Assembly (NCBI GenBank): GCA_902526005.1
Contig: CABZIW010000001.1
Span: 3,013-67,012 of the forward strand
DNA from: an uncultured Pelagibacteraceae bacterium
GTDB taxonomy: Bacteria; Pseudomonadota; Alphaproteobacteria; Pelagibacterales; AG-422-B15
Length of the DNA stretch: 64,000 bases
Direction: 5' to 3'
Every line of letters begins with the position of its first letter. Within the stretch, counting starts at the first letter, position 1. The translations under genes were made by a program, and so were the position numbers. Shown piece by piece: positions 40,104 to 49,648 of this stretch. Under the pieces are notes generated by a model, which searched no databases, was not told where the DNA came from, and worked only from the letters and a program-made list of their open reading frames with translations.

Positions 40104-40111
40104 TACTAATC

Positions 40112-40741
40112 ATGGTCGAGATAATAGCAATTGATGGCCCCGCTTCAGTTGGAAAATCAACTCTTGCAAAAAAAATATCACGTTATTATGAAGTGCCATT
40201 GTTGAATAGTGGAAGACTTTATCGTGCAGTAGCATTAAAAATAATTAATAAAAAAATTAATATTAATAATAAATATAAAATACTTCAGTGTGCCAAATCT
40301 TTGACAGATGAAAACATAAAATCAGAGAGTTTATTTTCAAGCAAAGTAGATAAAATTGCTTCTCAAATTTCGAAAAAAAAATATCTAAGAAAGCAATTAA
40401 TGGCCTACCAAAGAGAGTTTCCAAGAAAATATGCTAAGGGCAAGAAATTCGCAGTTATTGAAGGAAGAGATATTGGAACTGAAATATTTCCACGAGCAAA
40501 TATTAAAATTTTCATGTGGGCAGATGCAAAAGTTCGAGCTAAAAGAAGACACCTGCAAATTAAAAAAAAGGGCCAAAAAACTAGTTTAAAGCGCATTTAT
40601 GATGAAATAGTAGCTCGTGATATGAATGATTTAAATAGAAAAATAGCACCGCTGAGACCCGCTGTAAATTCGGTATTGCTAGATACAAGTTATCTTGATA
40701 TAGAACAGGCTTTTAATGCAATTAAAAGATTATTTAGTTAA
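40112..40741 (+). CDS. cmk: Cytidylate kinase
   Basis: IAIDGPASVGKST, SGRLYRA, EGRDIGT. Confidence 0.95.
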   Translation: MVEIIAIDGPASVGKSTLAKKISRYYEVPLLNSGRLYRAVALKIINKKININNKYKILQCAKSLTDENIKSESLFSSKVDKIASQISKKKYLRKQLMAYQREFPRKYAKGKKFAVIEGRDIGTEIFPRANIKIFMWADAKVRAKRRHLQIKKKGQKTSLKRIYDEIVARDMNDLNRKIAPLRPAVNSVLLDTSYLDIEQAFNAIKRLFS

Positions 40742-40749
40742 TTAAACAT

Positions 40750-42447
40750 ATGAATGAAGTGCCCCTAAATGAAAGCAACTCAACTGAGTTCGACTCATTA
40801 TTAGCTGAATCCATAAATAACAATAATATTAAAGAAGGAACTATTATCAAAGGTACAATTGCTGAAATCGAAGACGACGCAATTATAGTTGATATTGGTG
40901 CCAAAGTAGAAGGAAGAATATCTAAAAGAGAATTTGCATTTCAAAAAGATCAAAAAGAATTATCAATTGGCGATACTATAGATGTATATCTGGATAAAAT
41001 AGAGAATCACAATGGAGAATGTATTCTCTCAAGATCAAAAGCTAAATCAAAAGAAATTTGGAGTGAAATTGAGAAATCTTTTGAAGCAGGAGAGCTAGTT
41101 GAAGGTGTAATCACTGGAAAGGTTAAAGGCGGCCTATCTTGCGAAATTGGAGTGACTGCTTTTTTACCTGGAAGTCAAATCGACACAAGGCCCGTTAGAG
41201 ACGTCAGTCATCTTATAGGCGTGCCACAGAAATTTAAGCTTCTTAAGCTCGATCAAAAAAGGAATAATATTGTTGTCAGTAGACGAGCTGTTCTTGAAGA
41301 AATGAACAAAGAAGTAAGGGAAGAAAGATTCTTGCAATTAAAGCTCGGGGACGTAGTTGATGGTAAAATTAAAGCAATTACAGACTATGGAGCTTTCGTG
41401 GATTTAGGAAGTTACGACTCTTTACTTCATAGTAGTGACATTACTTATAAAAGAATTGGACATCCTTCAGAAGTTCTTAAAATTGATCAGCAAGTAAAAG
41501 TAAAAATTATTAAAGTTGATCCTGAAAAAAATAGAGTCTCTGTTGGAATGAAACAACTTGAAGATGATCCATGGAACAATGTAAAAGATAAGTTTAATGT
41601 AAACGATAGAGTAACAGGCGTCGTAACAAATGTTGCTGATTATGGAATATTTATTGAAATCGAAAATGGCGTTGAAGGGTTATGCCATAAAGATATGCTA
41701 ACTTGGAGTGCAAAACAAAATTCTAAACCTGGTAATTTATATGCGAGGTCTCAATCAGTTGATTGTCAAATACTTGAAGTTGATCATGAAAAAAGAAGGT
41801 TAAGTTTAGGTATTAAACAATTAACGCCTAATCCTTGGCAAAAGTTTAACGATGAAAATCCAATCGGAAAGATATTAGATACATCAATCACAAGCATTAA
41901 AGATAATATATTATTTTGTAATCTTGATGGAGAAATAGATGGCGCTGTCTTTAGTAAAGATCTTTCGTGGGAAGCAGACCCAAAAGAAGAAATGAAAAAA
42001 TATAAGGTTGGTGATCAAATTAAAGTAAAGATAATTTCTAATGATAATGAAAAGATAGCCCTTTCTGTAAGAGAGGTCGATGGAAATCCATACGATGAAA
42101 TAAAAGAAAAAGTCAAAGGAGATATTGTCACTTGTAGTGTTATTGAAACAGGTGATTATGGGGTTAAAGTTAGAGTTGGCGATAAGGGGCCAATTACTTT
42201 GATAAAGAAATCAGAACTAGCTTTGAGAAAATCTGACGCAAGACCTGATAGATTTGGAAAGAATGATAAGCTAGATGCATCAATAACAAATATAGACGTT
42301 GCTAATTATAAAATAAATTTATCAATACGGGTTATGGAAGAAGAAATTGAAAAAGATGCCATGGCTAAATACGGATCTAAAGACTCTGGTGCTTCCTTAG
42401 GCGCTATTCTAGGAAAAGCTCTTGGCAGAGACAAAAAAGAAGATTAA
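40750..42447 (+). CDS. rpsA: 30S ribosomal protein S1
   Basis: Multiple S1 repeats, AFLPGSQID, NNIVVSRR, RVSVGMKQL. Confidence 0.98.
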   Translation: MNEVPLNESNSTEFDSLLAESINNNNIKEGTIIKGTIAEIEDDAIIVDIGAKVEGRISKREFAFQKDQKELSIGDTIDVYLDKIENHNGECILSRSKAKSKEIWSEIEKSFEAGELVEGVITGKVKGGLSCEIGVTAFLPGSQIDTRPVRDVSHLIGVPQKFKLLKLDQKRNNIVVSRRAVLEEMNKEVREERFLQLKLGDVVDGKIKAITDYGAFVDLGSYDSLLHSSDITYKRIGHPSEVLKIDQQVKVKIIKVDPEKNRVSVGMKQLEDDPWNNVKDKFNVNDRVTGVVTNVADYGIFIEIENGVEGLCHKDMLTWSAKQNSKPGNLYARSQSVDCQILEVDHEKRRLSLGIKQLTPNPWQKFNDENPIGKILDTSITSIKDNILFCNLDGEIDGAVFSKDLSWEADPKEEMKKYKVGDQIKVKIISNDNEKIALSVREVDGNPYDEIKEKVKGDIVTCSVIETGDYGVKVRVGDKGPITLIKKSELALRKSDARPDRFGKNDKLDASITNIDVANYKINLSIRVMEEEIEKDAMAKYGSKDSGASLGAILGKALGRDKKED

Positions 42448-42467
42448 ATATTCTTTACAATCAATCG

Positions 42468-42495
42468 TTTACAATAAAATTTAATGTCATATAAT
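42468..42495 (+). promoter_or_regulatory. Sigma70-like promoter of ihfB
   Basis: TTTACA (42468-42473), 16 bp, TATAAT (42490-42495). Confidence 0.55.
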
Positions 42496-42502
42496 TATTT
42501 AT

Positions 42503-42811
42503 ATGAGTTTAATAAAATCAAAACTTATTCAAAATATTACTGAAGCGAACCCTCATCTTTTTGTAAGAGATGTTGAGAGAATTGTTAATACAATTTTCAA
42601 TGAAATAACTCAATCTTTAGCTGACGGTAAAAGAGTTGAATTAAGAGGCTTTGGAGCATTTTCAGTTCAACACAGAAAACAACGTACTGGTAGAAACCCA
42701 AGAACTGGGGAGGCTGTAAATGTTGAGGAGAAATATATCCCGCGTTTTAAGACCGGAAAAGAACTTAGATTAAAACTAAATAAACAAGAAAACTCTTCTA
42801 ACGAGAGTTAG
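42503..42811 (+). CDS. ihfB: Integration host factor subunit beta
   Basis: [27 protein letters not shown]; conserved position after rpsA. Confidence 0.95.
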   Translation: MSLIKSKLIQNITEANPHLFVRDVERIVNTIFNEITQSLADGKRVELRGFGAFSVQHRKQRTGRNPRTGEAVNVEEKYIPRFKTGKELRLKLNKQENSSNES

Positions 42812-42834
42812 AAAGATTTCATAAAACAAAAATT

Positions 42835-43527
42835 TTGACTAAAAACCCAATTTACTGCGCTATTGATACAAGTTGTATTGATGATGCAGATAGAATTATT
42901 AATGAAATTTCACCTCATATTGGCGGGATCAAATTAGGTCTCGAATTCTTTACATCTTGTGGGGTCAAGGGCATTGAAAAAATTTCAAAATATGAACTTC
43001 CATTATTTCTCGATTTTAAACTATACGACATACCAAATACAGTAAAAAAATCACTTCAAAATATTCTCTCTTACAACCCTACATATACAACACTTCACGT
43101 TTCGGGGGGTTCCCGCATGTTAAAAGAATGTGTCGATTTAAAAAAAGAATTAAATAGTAATACAAATTTAATTGGTGTTACAATGCTAACAAGTTTTGAT
43201 GATGACTCAATAAATGAAATTGGCATGAGCGGCACAGTTGATAGGAATGTAGATAATCTATCTTCACTGGCATTTGACTGTGGAATGGATGGTATTGTTT
43301 GTAGCCCAATGGAGATAAGAAAAGTTAGAGAAAAATTCGGATCTAAATTAAAAGTTATTGTGCCTGGTATAAGAGAAAATACAAATAACTCAGATGATCA
43401 AAAAAGAACACTTTCTGCAAAAGAGGCTATTATTGCTGGCGCAGATATTATCGTTGTAGGAAGACCAATTGTTGAATCTGACTCACCAGCTGATGCAGCT
43501 GCATCTATTTTAAAAAGCTTACAGTGA
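42835..43527 (+). CDS. pyrF: Orotidine-5'-phosphate decarboxylase
   Basis: KLGLEFF, DFKLYDIPNT, VTMLTS, VPGIR, VGRPI. Confidence 0.97.
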   Translation: MTKNPIYCAIDTSCIDDADRIINEISPHIGGIKLGLEFFTSCGVKGIEKISKYELPLFLDFKLYDIPNTVKKSLQNILSYNPTYTTLHVSGGSRMLKECVDLKKELNSNTNLIGVTMLTSFDDDSINEIGMSGTVDRNVDNLSSLAFDCGMDGIVCSPMEIRKVREKFGSKLKVIVPGIRENTNNSDDQKRTLSAKEAIIAGADIIVVGRPIVESDSPADAAASILKSLQ

Positions 43528-44144
43528 ACCAATATAAAATCAAAATCTGTGGGGTGATGACTGAAAAAATCGCAAAACATTGTATCAAGTCGAACGTTGA
43601 CTATCTTGGCTTCATATTTAATGTTACAGAATCTCCTCGAAATATTGATTTTTATTTAGCAAGTAAAATACTTAACTCAGTAAGTAAAGAAATTCAGACA
43701 GTAGCTGTAACAAAAAATCCAAGTAAAGAGACAATTCTATCAATTAAAGAACTCCCATTTTCATATATTCAAGTTCATGGAGATCTTACTCCTGATGAAA
43801 TTAAACAAATAAAAAAACTATCTAATAAAAAAATAATAAAAGCATTTAATCTACAAAATGACATAAATAGGGATCACATAGAAAAATATTCTAAATTTTC
43901 AGATTACTATTTATTTGATTCAATATCCTCTGGTTCTGGAAAATCTTTTAATTGGTCATTATTAAAAAATATTACGTTTAGCAGAGATTTTTTTCTATCT
44001 GGAGGGCTTAATATAGAAAACATAAAAGAGGCTATTTCATCAGTTAAAACAAATTATTTTGATTTAAGTAGTGGCGTAGAAGATAAAAACCATGTAAAAA
44101 ACGAATCTAAAATTACAGATTTGTTGGATAAAATTAAAAATTAA
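43524..44144 (+). CDS. trpF: Phosphoribosylanthranilate isomerase
   Basis: KICG, QVHG, LFDS, GSGKSFNW, LSGGL, DLSSGVE. Confidence 0.93.
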   Translation: MNQYKIKICGVMTEKIAKHCIKSNVDYLGFIFNVTESPRNIDFYLASKILNSVSKEIQTVAVTKNPSKETILSIKELPFSYIQVHGDLTPDEIKQIKKLSNKKIIKAFNLQNDINRDHIEKYSKFSDYYLFDSISSGSGKSFNWSLLKNITFSRDFFLSGGLNIENIKEAISSVKTNYFDLSSGVEDKNHVKNESKITDLLDKIKN

Positions 44145-44145
44145 G

Positions 44146-45369
44146 ATGTCGATAAAAAAAGGAGTACCTTTATACGATCAAGCTGATGAGAATGGTTTTT
44201 GGGGCAAGTTTGGAGGGAATTATTTACCTGAACCACTTCTTAAGCCAGCTGATGACTTGCATGCTGCTTTTCAAGAATTAAGACATGATAAAGATTTTCT
44301 CAAAGATCTAGAAAAATTGAGATCAGAATATATTGGTCGACCTACACCTTTTTTTAAACTGGAAAACTTAACAAAAGAACTTGGCGGTGCAGAAATTTGG
44401 ATTAAGCATGAAGCCCAATGTCATGGTGATAGCCATAAATTAAACGGAGCAATAATTAGTTGCCTTATTGCTAAGTATCGTGGTCAGACAGAGATTATAG
44501 GAGATACTGGAGCTGGAATGGCCGGTACGGGTTTGGCTATGGCGGCCAGTAGACTAGGTCTTAAGTCGCGTGTTTTTATGGGTAAAGTAGACTATGAACG
44601 TCAAAAGTTAAATGTAATGAGAATGAAAACTCTTGGCTGTGAAGTAGTGCCAGTAACGTCAGGTTCACAAACACTTGTTGAGGCAGTTTCTGAAACAATG
44701 CGGTATTGGCTTGCAAACTGTGATACGACAGCAATTTGTGTTGGCTCTATTGTTGGAGCTTCTGTTTTTGTTAAACTCTGTGCATTTGGACAGCACGTAA
44801 TCTCTAGGGAAATGTCATCGCAAATGATCAATATATTTGGTGAAATACCAAAAGCTACTTTAGTAGCCGCTGTAGGGGGAGGATCAAGTTCATTTGGTTT
44901 TTTCTGTGATTTTATAGATCATGATCAAATATCTATGCGAGGTGTTGAAGCGGGTGGTCCTGAAAACGATGATAAACTGCATGCGGCACCCCTAACTAAT
45001 GACAGTCCAATTGGAATCCTACACGGAGCTAAACAATATGTTATCCAATCCCCTGACGGTCAAATTCAAGAAACTTCTTCTATAGCAGCTGGGTTGGACT
45101 ATCCCGGGGTTTCTCCGATGCATTGTTATTTGAAAGATGAAGGCCGTGTAACATACACTTCAGCTTCAGATGAAGAGGCTGTTAAAGGTTTTGAAATTCT
45201 TGCGAAAACTGAAGGAATTCAATGCTCAATTGAACCAGCACACGCCATTGCTGACATATGTCGTATTGCTCCTAAAATGGGAAAAGATGAAAAAATTATT
45301 GGTTTAGTATGTGGAACATTAAGTAAAGATGCCCCATTGCTTGCTCAACGTTTGAATATTGAATTATAA
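44146..45369 (+). CDS. trpB: Tryptophan synthase beta chain (divergent active site)
   Basis: IGRPTP, PLP lysine in HKLN, VGGGSS, AGLDYPGVSP, EPAHA; lies between trpF and trpA. Confidence 0.9.
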   Translation: MSIKKGVPLYDQADENGFWGKFGGNYLPEPLLKPADDLHAAFQELRHDKDFLKDLEKLRSEYIGRPTPFFKLENLTKELGGAEIWIKHEAQCHGDSHKLNGAIISCLIAKYRGQTEIIGDTGAGMAGTGLAMAASRLGLKSRVFMGKVDYERQKLNVMRMKTLGCEVVPVTSGSQTLVEAVSETMRYWLANCDTTAICVGSIVGASVFVKLCAFGQHVISREMSSQMINIFGEIPKATLVAAVGGGSSSFGFFCDFIDHDQISMRGVEAGGPENDDKLHAAPLTNDSPIGILHGAKQYVIQSPDGQIQETSSIAAGLDYPGVSPMHCYLKDEGRVTYTSASDEEAVKGFEILAKTEGIQCSIEPAHAIADICRIAPKMGKDEKIIGLVCGTLSKDAPLLAQRLNIEL

Positions 45370-45371
45370 AA

Positions 45372-46172
45372 ATGAGTTTAATAAAAAATGCATTTGAGAC
45401 GAAATCTGAGCAAAACGAAGCTGCTCTTTTAAGTTATACTGTTGCATGCGATCCAAATTTTGAGACAAGCTTAAAAATAATGCATGAGATAGCTAAAAAT
45501 GGAGCAACAGCGCTAGAGATAGGAATTCCTCATAATTGTTGCATCGGAGAAGGAGACAAAATTCAAAATGCTGTTGATCGAGTGCTCAGAAATGATACGA
45601 AAATTGAAGATATTTTCAAATTGATAATAGAGTTTAGAAAGTCAAATAAAGTAACTCCTCTTATATTCATGTTATATTATAATTCAGCACTTCAATACGG
45701 TGAGGATAATTTTATAAGAAAATGCAATGAGATAGGTATCAATGGTCTTATTATTGTTGACTTCCCCTACCCTCAAAATTTTGATTTTGCAAAAAAATGT
45801 AAAGCATCGAATATTACTTTTATACAACTTCTATCACCTACGACAAATGAAGATAGAATGAAAAAGGTAATCAATGACTCTGATATGATTTATTATATTT
45901 CTATGTTAAGTACAACTGGCGGAAAACTTAAAGTTGTACCTGAAGAAATTTTAGAAAAATATAAATTAATAAAGTCCATCAAAAAAGATGTTAATGTGAT
46001 AATCGGTTTTGGAATAACTCCTGAAAATATTAATCAATTTAAACAATCTGATTCAGTGGTAGTTGGAAGTTTCCTTTGTAATAAAATTGAGGAATCAATT
46101 CGTGATGGTAAAGATCCATCAATTGAAATAGGGAAAATTATTTCAGAACTCAACACTGGGCTTTTAAGATGA
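45372..46172 (+). CDS. trpA: Tryptophan synthase alpha chain (divergent)
   Basis: LEIGIP, IQNA, MLYYN, PTT, TTGG, GFGI, VVVGS. Confidence 0.9.
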   Translation: MSLIKNAFETKSEQNEAALLSYTVACDPNFETSLKIMHEIAKNGATALEIGIPHNCCIGEGDKIQNAVDRVLRNDTKIEDIFKLIIEFRKSNKVTPLIFMLYYNSALQYGEDNFIRKCNEIGINGLIIVDFPYPQNFDFAKKCKASNITFIQLLSPTTNEDRMKKVINDSDMIYYISMLSTTGGKLKVVPEEILEKYKLIKSIKKDVNVIIGFGITPENINQFKQSDSVVVGSFLCNKIEESIRDGKDPSIEIGKIISELNTGLLR

Positions 46173-47029
46173 ATTGGATTACACGTCAGCTAAAAAAGAT
46201 TTTACCACAAAAAAAGAAGTCATTAGACATACCTGTAGATAGTTGGCAAACTTGTAAACGCTGTAAGTCAGCAAATTATATAGATGATTTACGTAAAAAT
46301 TTTTACTTATGCAGCTGTGGAAGTCCATTCTCTTGCCCGCCAAGAGAGCGATTTAAATATTTGTTTGACAATTCTAAGTGGGAAGAAGTTCCGTACGATA
46401 CTTCTTTCAAAGATTTCTTAAATTGGAAAGACCGTATCTCCTATAAAGAAAGGGTTCAAAAAAGTATTGAGGCAACTGGTCAGGATGAGGTGGGAATAAT
46501 TGCAAAAGGAGAAATTAATGGAACTAAAGTTTGTTGTATATCAATGAATTTTTTGTGGGCTGGCGGGTCTGTCGGGCATAATTTTGGTGAGTGTGTTATT
46601 AAAGCGGCTGAAACAAGCAGAGAAGAAAACTTACCACTTGTTATTTTTACTGAGTCTGGTGGAGCTCGAATGATGGAGGGAGCGATATCACTAATGCAAC
46701 TCCCACGAATGACAGTTGCTATACAAATATTTAAAGACATGGAACAAAGACAACCATCAATTCTTTTTTCGTGCTCACCAACCACTGGAGGTCTATCAGC
46801 ATCATTAGCAAATATTTGTGATTTCACACTTGCTGAACATGAAACAGATTTGATTGCGTTCGCTGGAAAAAGAGTGCTTGACGGATTTAACGATGAAACA
46901 ATTCCTGAGGATTTTCAAACTGCTATTAGCCTAAAACGAAATGGATTTCTGGACGACATTATTGAAAGACCAAACCAAAAAGAGAAAATATCAACTTTAA
47001 TATCTCTATTACAAAAAAAAGTAGCCTAA
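46169..47029 (+). CDS. accD: Acetyl-CoA carboxylase carboxyltransferase beta subunit
   Basis: C4 zinc finger, GGSVG, ESGGARMMEG, PTTGG, AFAGKRV. Confidence 0.93.
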   Translation: MNWITRQLKKILPQKKKSLDIPVDSWQTCKRCKSANYIDDLRKNFYLCSCGSPFSCPPRERFKYLFDNSKWEEVPYDTSFKDFLNWKDRISYKERVQKSIEATGQDEVGIIAKGEINGTKVCCISMNFLWAGGSVGHNFGECVIKAAETSREENLPLVIFTESGGARMMEGAISLMQLPRMTVAIQIFKDMEQRQPSILFSCSPTTGGLSASLANICDFTLAEHETDLIAFAGKRVLDGFNDETIPEDFQTAISLKRNGFLDDIIERPNQKEKISTLISLLQKKVA

Positions 47030-48322
47030 TTGTCAATCTCTGATCAACAAATCAAAAAAATTTTGGATGAATTTATGAGTCTTCATCCTAAAAAAATTGA
47101 TATGTCGCTTGACCGAATTAGGTCGATATTAGATAAATTGGGAAGCCCTCATAGATCTATTAACAACTGTATTGCTTTTGTTGCTACAAATTCCAAATTT
47201 AGTGTATTAAGATTCCTCCAAGAGATACTTCGTTATAACAATAAATCTACTTCAGCACATATAAGTCCTCATTTAATAAAATATAATGAGCGATTTGAGC
47301 TCCAGGACAATCAAGTATCAAATGAAAAGTTTTATGAATCACTAAAAAAAATTCGCAGATTGATTGGATCTGATAATATTACATTTTTTGAGGCACTTTC
47401 AGCATGTTTTTTTGATATGTTGTCTAGTGTTGAGAGTGATTATACGCTTATAGAGGCTGGCCTTGGAGCCAGACTCGATTGTTCAGTGGGAGACATAGAC
47501 CCGCTCATTTCAGTTATTGGACCAATTTCTTATGACCATATGGATTTCCTATCAGATAAAATTGAGCTCATTGCCTACGAAAAAAGTGCAATTATCAAAA
47601 GGAATAAATTCGCAATCATTGGTTATCAACCATATCCTGAAGCACTTCAAATCCTTTTGGATCAAGCTGAATTTAGGGAGGCAAAAACCTTCACGTATGG
47701 TATCGATTGGATTATTCAAGAAAGAAATAATTATTACATTTATACTGATGAAACAAAATCATTTGAGTTCCCACGTTTTAAAAAACATGGAGGGTTTCAG
47801 ATGTATAATCTTGGCCTGGCTATAGCTTCAGCATCAAAACTCAAAGATATTAAAATTGATGATTTTCTAAAAAAAGAAAAATACCAAGATGTAATCATTC
47901 CAGGTAGATTTCAAAAACTGGAAAATACAAAACTAAACGAAATATCAAATAATAAATTAGAGATTATATTAGATGGTGGGCATAACCCGGGAGCTTCTGT
48001 AGCCCTCAATGAAACTATAAAAAAAATGCCAAAAAAAGATTTATGTATTGTATTGGGTATGCAGCGACAAAAAGATCCTATAGCATTTATAAACAATATA
48101 GAAAATATAAGTTGTATAAAGACGGTAAATATTCCTGAAGAAGAAAATAGCTATGATGCAAACGTTTTAAAGAAAAAACTCTTAGGTTTTAATTATAACG
48201 TTAAAAATTCAACTTCAGTCGAGTCAGCAATCTCAGATATTAACGACGAATATCCTGAGGCAAGGGTTTTGATAGTTGGAAGTTTATATTTAGCGGGAAA
48301 AGTAATAGAATTATTCAGCTAA
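47030..48322 (+). CDS. folC: Folylpolyglutamate synthase/dihydrofolate synthase
   Basis: SPHL..YNERF, TFFEA, EAGLGARLD, YDH, IAYEK..IIK, PGRFQ, DGGHN, GSLYLAG. Confidence 0.92.
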   Translation: MSISDQQIKKILDEFMSLHPKKIDMSLDRIRSILDKLGSPHRSINNCIAFVATNSKFSVLRFLQEILRYNNKSTSAHISPHLIKYNERFELQDNQVSNEKFYESLKKIRRLIGSDNITFFEALSACFFDMLSSVESDYTLIEAGLGARLDCSVGDIDPLISVIGPISYDHMDFLSDKIELIAYEKSAIIKRNKFAIIGYQPYPEALQILLDQAEFREAKTFTYGIDWIIQERNNYYIYTDETKSFEFPRFKKHGGFQMYNLGLAIASASKLKDIKIDDFLKKEKYQDVIIPGRFQKLENTKLNEISNNKLEIILDGGHNPGASVALNETIKKMPKKDLCIVLGMQRQKDPIAFINNIENISCIKTVNIPEEENSYDANVLKKKLLGFNYNVKNSTSVESAISDINDEYPEARVLIVGSLYLAGKVIELFS

Positions 48323-48643
48323 ATTATCTTCAATCCATTGGCGAAGTTTATCTTCCGAGACAGCGCCTACCTGCTGACTAATCACTTCTCCATCTTTAAA
48401 TATAAGTAACAGAGGTATCCCCCTTACGCCATAAAAAGTTGGTTTCTGAGGATTATCATCAATATTACATTTAACAATTGATACTTTGTCTGAGAGACTC
48501 TCACTCAATCTTTCGAGTGGCTCTGAAATCATTTTACATGGTCCACACCACGGAGCCCACCAATCTACGACCACCGGTTTCACCTTAGATGCTTCCAATA
48601 CGTCTCTATCAAAATCTTGATCGTTTGTTTCAATTGTAGCCAT
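48311..48643 (-). CDS. trxA: Thioredoxin
   Basis: WAPWCGPCK, YGVRGIP. Confidence 0.98.
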   Translation of the reverse strand: MATIETNDQDFDRDVLEASKVKPVVVDWWAPWCGPCKMISEPLERLSESLSDKVSIVKCNIDDNPQKPTFYGVRGIPLLLIFKDGEVISQQVGAVSEDKLRQWIEDNLAE

Positions 48644-48760
48644 AGTTTGAACCTTCCTATATATTAAATTAATTCAAAAAATAGTGTTTATTAACGATAA
48701 GTCAACGACTAAGACCGTTCATTTTTATTGAAAATTGTGGATTTTCTAAATTTTTAGACT

Positions 48761-49648
48761 TTATAAAAGACCGCGCTTTTGATATTGCTGCACAGATGTT
48801 TTACCTACTTTAAAACCTTTTTCCTGAAGTTCCCGAGCAATTGCTCTTTGAGACAATCCTTTAGCACGGAGTGCTTTAGCTGTAGGTAACCATTCTTTTG
48901 CTTTTTCCAAGGCTAGTTCTTGTGCTTTTTCTGTCCCAGTTTTTTCTTCATAAGAATATAATGTTTTCATAACTCTACCATCAGCATACTTTATATATCC
49001 TTTTTTGATAGCTTCATTAACGTTATTGGCGATTGTCAGATTTGAGTCGATAAATGTTTTATTATTTTCATACGTAATTCCTCTAAGCCTATCATTTAAG
49101 TTTTTCACTCTTTCATTTATTAAATTTATATCTTTTTTATCATTTGCATCTAAGCTTCCTTCTTCCTCAATAAAAATCTTACTTATTTCTAAAAATGATT
49201 TTTTATTACAATTTTCAATAAAAAATAAAATTTGATCATTTGTAAATGTTGTTCTGCTTCCTGTTGGTCTTTCAGTTGGATTAAAACTTTGATCTTTGTT
49301 TTTATAATCCTCTTTTAGGTAATCCTGTGATGCAGTATCGGATGGTTTTTTTCCGGCAAGTATGTCTTTAATTATGCTGTCTTCTCTTTCAAGAAACCTG
49401 AGCACATGTCTCACAGTTTGCTCACCAACTATTTTCATCTTTCTTGAAATATCAAGTGCTGAGAGTCCCTCATTTTCTCGAATTTGCCAAATTCTTATAA
49501 GTTGATTTTGGTCTAATTTAGTAGATCCGTATCCTCCTAAACTTAAATATTCTTTATATTTAATTTTAAGTTGTGAATCGCTATATCTAATTTTGTTAAA
49601 TTCATTTGCTCTGCTCCTTGTAGCACTTCCTGCTTTCAAATATTTCAT
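48761..49648 (-). CDS. Hypothetical protein with three putative HTH segments
   Basis: GLSALDISRKMKIVGEQTVRHVL; FTNDQILFFIENCNKKSFLEISKIF; KGLSQRAIARELQEKGFKVGKTSVQQY. Confidence 0.6.
   Translation of the reverse strand: MKYLKAGSATRSRANEFNKIRYSDSQLKIKYKEYLSLGGYGSTKLDQNQLIRIWQIRENEGLSALDISRKMKIVGEQTVRHVLRFLEREDSIIKDILAGKKPSDTASQDYLKEDYKNKDQSFNPTERPTGSRTTFTNDQILFFIENCNKKSFLEISKIFIEEEGSLDANDKKDINLINERVKNLNDRLRGITYENNKTFIDSNLTIANNVNEAIKKGYIKYADGRVMKTLYSYEEKTGTEKAQELALEKAKEWLPTAKALRAKGLSQRAIARELQEKGFKVGKTSVQQYQKRGLL

Noticed and set aside
1978-47825. Many short antisense or alternate-frame ORFs nested in core genes (e.g. 1978-2226, 4368-4649, 18135-18392, 19365-19628, 28842-29135, 30453-30800, 38768-39004, 46480-46827)
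   Set aside because: Shadow ORFs of well-supported genes, without SD or recognisable motifs
48644-48760. Possible att site or terminator at the left island edge (AAGACCG x2, TCTAAA-TT-TTTAGA)
   Set aside because: Short AT-rich matches expected by chance; no matching copy found at the right edge
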